From assembly GCA_001643675.2 (NCBI GenBank), contig LSRY02000010.1, positions 1,674,001-1,738,000 on the forward strand: 64,000 bases of DNA, given 5' to 3'. Both the position numbers and the translations under genes were made by a program. Numbering within the stretch: position 1 is the stretch's first letter; the number at the start of each line of letters is the position of its first letter. The stretch is from Monocercomonoides exilis PA203 (lineage: Eukaryota; Protista; Preaxostyla). Below, in pieces: positions 59,992-64,000 of the stretch. The notes under the pieces are model-generated. The model had not been told where the DNA came from. It was given only the letters and a program-made list of their open reading frames with translations, and made no database searches.

Positions 59992-61806
59992 ATGGGAACG
60001 GTGCAGCAAAAACTAACTACCTCCATTCCAGGTTTGCTTTGTTTTTTTCAAGATTTATTTAATTGTGTTTTAGTTGTTTTCGGACCAGGAGGTGGTTGGC
60101 TTTGGGCAATAACTTTCCTATATTTCTTTTGTCTTCTTTTTTCAACTCATGAATGGATACTCCTTCTTAGGAAAGCTAGAAAACGCTCTAATTTAACGAG
60201 AAGAATATTTTTGATGTTCTTTACCATATTTTTGTTCGTTAGAGTGTTATTTCTTTTGGTTCCATTCCCTTTTGATGAATTTTGGGGAATTCTTCTTGCT
60301 GATCAAACACCACGCTATTTTTTGTTTATCGCATGGGAATTTTTATCTTTGTGGCTTGGAAGTGCAATTATCCCTCCGTCGAAAATGCCTCCAGTTTTTG
60401 GAAAACTTTTCCACTTTTTTTTTATAATCCTTATTGCTGCATTGTTCATAACCATGCTAGTATGCAACATCATAACCCGGGTGTGCAAGCATTTAAATAT
60501 TGAATTTAGCAACTTTGGATTTTGTTTTTTGATAACATTTCTTCAACTTTTTTGAAAAAATCTTTTTTTTCATTGTGCAACTGGATTAGAAAAAAGAGAC
60601 AAAAGGACTCGTAGAAGTTAACAAGGCACTTGTGTGGAACAACATAGGACTGTACTTAATTGTTCTAATTTCCATTTCAATCTACTTCGTAAAGCTAATA
60701 CAAATCATCATCAAATCCAGAAGTCTGGGATCGTTCAAAAGTCGAATCGCTTTTCTTCTATTGCTTGTTTCTGTTATGTGGAGCGTTTTTCTTGCGCGAT
60801 TTGTTTGGGGTGTTACAAAAGCGTTCAATGTGAATGCCTTACAAGATATCATTTCTTCCTATGGATTGATATGCTATAAAGATGACAGCAAATGGTGTGC
60901 ATTTTACTCAAAAAAATTCCTCGTTTTTACAAGTGTTTATTTCGAAAGGAATGCATTTAATGATAGCTTGCTTACAACACTTTTATTTTTTGTTGCTTTT
61001 CTTCATTCAAAACTTTTTGGGTAACATTTTTTAAATCACTTCTTGACGCATGTGGAAACGCTTTTACGAACCAATCATTTATCATTCTTTTTTTTATTCT
61101 TTTCTTCCTCTCACTTTTTTTCCCCCCTTTCAGTGACAGTATGTTTTCGCGGTCAGTCCCTGTGATGATATGCTGGGAAATTCTTCCTTCTGTTGTTCTT
61201 CTATTCACCTTTTTCGTTCTGAAGCTGCACACAAAAACTGCCCCACCCCCTCAAACACGCAACGCCATCTCACTGCTGAAGGGCTCATACGGCAGCGAGA
61301 AGACGCAGAAGGAGCGCAACGAGCGAATGCGGAAGGAGGAGAAGCGGAAGAAGCGGAGAAAGGAGCAGTTTGGTGTGGACAAGCCGCCAGATGCGGGCGG
61401 GTCAGGGCGGGTGCTCTACCCAGACACCTCGCCAGCCTCAGCCAAAGCGGGGCTGTCAGCGCCATCACTGTATGACGCCAGAAGCATCAGGACAGAAGCA
61501 GGAGGGAAAGGAGGGTATGCGGCGATGGATGACTGGGAGGACAAAGACGAGGAGATGTCTATGCAGTCGTCGTCTGCTTACAGAAAGGGGGAGAAAGAAC
61601 GCAGCTGGGACGAGCTGTCGATGATGACGATGAACACGACAGCCACTTCAGGCTCTTCGCAGTCGTGGTATTCAACAGCAACTGGCTGGGATGGAGGGAT
61701 GGCAGTGTCGGAGTTTGGAGATATGGGCATGGGAATGGGGAAGAAGAAAAAGAAAAAGAAGAAGAAGAAGAAGAAGAAAATGCAGCATGTGACGATGGAT
61801 TCTTGA
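59992..61806 (+). CDS. Seven-TM membrane protein of the GPR137/THH1-TOM1-TOM3 family, 4 exons
   Basis: About 7 hydrophobic helices over in-phase exons. Motifs FLFVRVLFL, TPRYFLFIAW, VFLARFVW and WEILPSVVLLFTF resemble GPR137/TOM1. Hydrophilic tail with poly-Lys. Confidence 0.68.
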
Positions 61807-62889
61807 AAGGGGAAGTCGAATGTGCATTTTGTTTTTTATTTTTATTTTTTTAACTGTTCAACGTTTGCTTTCGGATATTTTTATCTTTTCGCACACTTCA
61901 TTACACAATGTTAACCATTTCACTTTATTTTTTGTTTCCATTTCTTTTTTCTTTTTTCTTTTTATTTCTTCTCTTATGCATTCCGTTGGATATGGTTTTG
62001 TGATAACTTGCCTTTGCAATTTATAACGAAATTTGTTGTTTCATTCCTTATTGAGTTGTGTTTGTGTTGTCTTATTAGCTTGCTTAAAAGGTCACACTTG
62101 TTGAGATATGATGAGCTTTGCTTGTTTTTCTGTTTTTTTCTTTTTCTTATTCTTTTTTTTTTTTAAATAACTTTATTTTTCATACTTTTGTGTTAATTTT
62201 TTAAACGTTTTTCTTTAAAATGTCAAGCCAATTTGTTTTTGAATTTTTCTTCTGTTTTATTCTTTCAATTGTTGTTCATGTTGACAATATCACGGCTTCG
62301 GTGCTAAAAGAGTTAACGTTATTTTTTCAAAGTCATTCTTTCTTTTTTAATTTCGAAGCCCGTTACATAAAACTCAAAGCTTTCATAAATACTAAATGTA
62401 TATCAGCAAATATTTAATGTATCAAAAAAAGGTGAATAAATGTGTCGTGTAGTGATTTCTTATTTTAATTTGTTTCTCACTGGGATATGGAAGACGACAT
62501 GATGAAAGAGAAGTGAATGTGGTATGAGCAGTGATATCCAAACGAATGATTAAGAAAGAAGATGAGAGAAAGCACACAAAAATTAATGAATAAAACCATT
62601 CAAATGCTGAGTTTGACACAAAATATCATCCAATCAAAAAATATTCAACTCATAAAATAATAAGTGTAAATCATCAAAGAAGGGATGAAAATTGAATCAT
62701 ATGTATTGTCAGCAATCATTATGGTCTATTCTTCATTCTTGTGAATCTCGACAGAAATCTTGCAAATCAAAATCAAAAATACATGCTTCCATGTGTTGGT
62801 AAACCTCTTTTCTTTTGCATTATTGTCAAGCATAATATCTTCTCTCATTCTTCTTTCTTCGCCTTCATTCATCAATCTCTGTCCTTAAT

Positions 62890-64000
62890 TTACTCGTCAA
62901 CTGGCTGTCCGTTCTGTTGGGCCTCGAACAACACCTGCTGAGCTTCCTTGACTTTCCCTTTCAGTTCGGCAACATTCTCCACAAGTGTGATCAGCTCAGT
63001 AGTTTCCAACTCCAGAAGCATACCTGTGATCTTACCAGCATTAGCAGCATCAAGAATCTGGATCTGTGGGAACAGGGCTTCACCCAGATGTTGCTTCTGC
63101 TCTTCCACGCTCATGTCAGCAAGGGCAGTTGAATCGATGGTAAGTGGGCGGAGTTGACCGTCACCAGCACCCACCAAGCCAGCAGTCGATGGAGAGCCTG
63201 AGCCATCCGCACTTCCAGCAGAGTGCGAAGCAGGCGAAGAAACAGACGAAGTTGGCTGAGATGGAGGTGATTGTGTTCCAGCAAGAGAAGCAGAGCTGGC
63301 TGAGACTGGAGTCTCGGGAGTAGATGGACCCACACCTGCTGCTGTGCCTGTGGCTCCACCAGAGACACTGCCAGTGACACCTGGGAGTGGAGAGCCTTGT
63401 GTGTGGGTGGATGTCATTGATGGTGATGAAATTGTTGTGGCGGGGGTGACTTGTCCCATTCCTCCTGCAACGCCTGGCATGGCACCGTATCTTTGCTGTT
63501 GGTACATGTATTGGTTGGGGTATTGATGATGTCCTTGTCCATAGGCGTATCCCTTTTGTCCCATCATCTGTCCCATTTGTGCACCACCACGTGCTTGCCC
63601 CATTCCCATTCCGTATCCAACACCTCCTCTTCCGCCCATCATCATCATCTGGTTTGCTCCCATGAATGGCATGGAGTTCTGTCCGACGAATGGAGCAAGT
63701 CTGTATCCAGGCTGTCCCATCAGCATTCCATTTGCACCATAGCCAGATGAAGGTGATCCAGTTGAGGTTGGTGAAGAGAATGATCCCAAAGACGAAGGAG
63801 ACGAAGATCCAACAGCTGTTGATGAAGGAGATGATGCGCTGACTGCTCCAGACACAGCTGAGCCTGGCGATCCAGCAGCACCTGTGGCGGGACTTTGAGA
63901 CATTCCGTTGCGACCAGCTGCTCCAAAGCCATAAGCTGCACCTCCGTTGCGGGCCATTCTCTGTTGTTGCAAGAGAAGTGTCATCATTGCTTGTGGGGTG
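62890..64000 (-). CDS. PABP: Polyadenylate-binding protein, C-terminal part (G/M/Q/P linker plus MLLE/PABC domain); 5' part outside the window
   Basis: EEQKQHLGEALFPQI..AGKITGMLLE..ELKGKVKEAQQVL is the MLLE signature. Confidence 0.9.
   Translation of the reverse strand, partial: TPQAMMTLLLQQQRMARNGGAAYGFGAAGRNGMSQSPATGAAGSPGSAVSGAVSASSPSSTAVGSSSPSSLGSFSSPTSTGSPSSGYGANGMLMGQPGYRLAPFVGQNSMPFMGANQMMMMGGRGGVGYGMGMGQARGGAQMGQMMGQKGYAYGQGHHQYPNQYMYQQQRYGAMPGVAGGMGQVTPATTISSPSMTSTHTQGSPLPGVTGSVSGGATGTAAGVGPSTPETPVSASSASLAGTQSPPSQPTSSVSSPASHSAGSADGSGSPSTAGLVGAGDGQLRPLTIDSTALADMSVEEQKQHLGEALFPQIQILDAANAGKITGMLLELETTELITLVENVAELKGKVKEAQQVLFEAQQNGQPVDE

Noticed and set aside
1-64000. Genome-wide alternative genetic code (TAR=Gln), CRISPR arrays, tRNA/rRNA/snRNA genes
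   Set aside because: Conserved genes terminate at TAA/TGA at expected positions and long ORFs are stop-free. No repeat-spacer arrays or RNA gene signatures recognised by eye; a tRNAscan/Infernal run is still needed.

Overview
AT-rich, intron-rich eukaryotic genomic DNA using the standard genetic code (genes end in TAA/TGA). Short GT-AG introns, huge poly-Ser/poly-Glu microsatellite-derived inserts and a giant beta-helix/pseudokinase membrane-protein family suggest an oxymonad such as Monocercomonoides (inference from gene families and style, not from a search). Manual splicing gives about 18 genes: a 30-aa-repeat protein (partial), FAM161-like, NTMT1, a 71-aa two-exon protein resembling RNA polymerase I subunit A14/Ker1, a ~5,230-aa protein that appears to be RMC1/Mic1 inflated about 8-fold by low-complexity inserts, BORCS5-like, an intronless bacterial-type GyrI-like protein, a secreted twin-CX3C protein, an ER thioredoxin, a CFAP97/SPATA7-like protein, ARL16, a Vip1/BPA1-like RRM protein, ALDH3, a receptor-like pseudokinase with one in-frame TAG, a lineage-specific helical family member (plus a pseudogene of the same family), a C2HC zinc-finger protein, a GPR137/TOM1-like 7TM protein and the 3' end of PABP. 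There are two Merlin (IS1595/ISXO2-type) DNA transposon relics, each with a spliceosomal intron; one keeps its TIRs and an 8-bp TSD. No rRNA, tRNA or CRISPR was recognised. All homology calls rest on remembered family motifs and need HMM confirmation.
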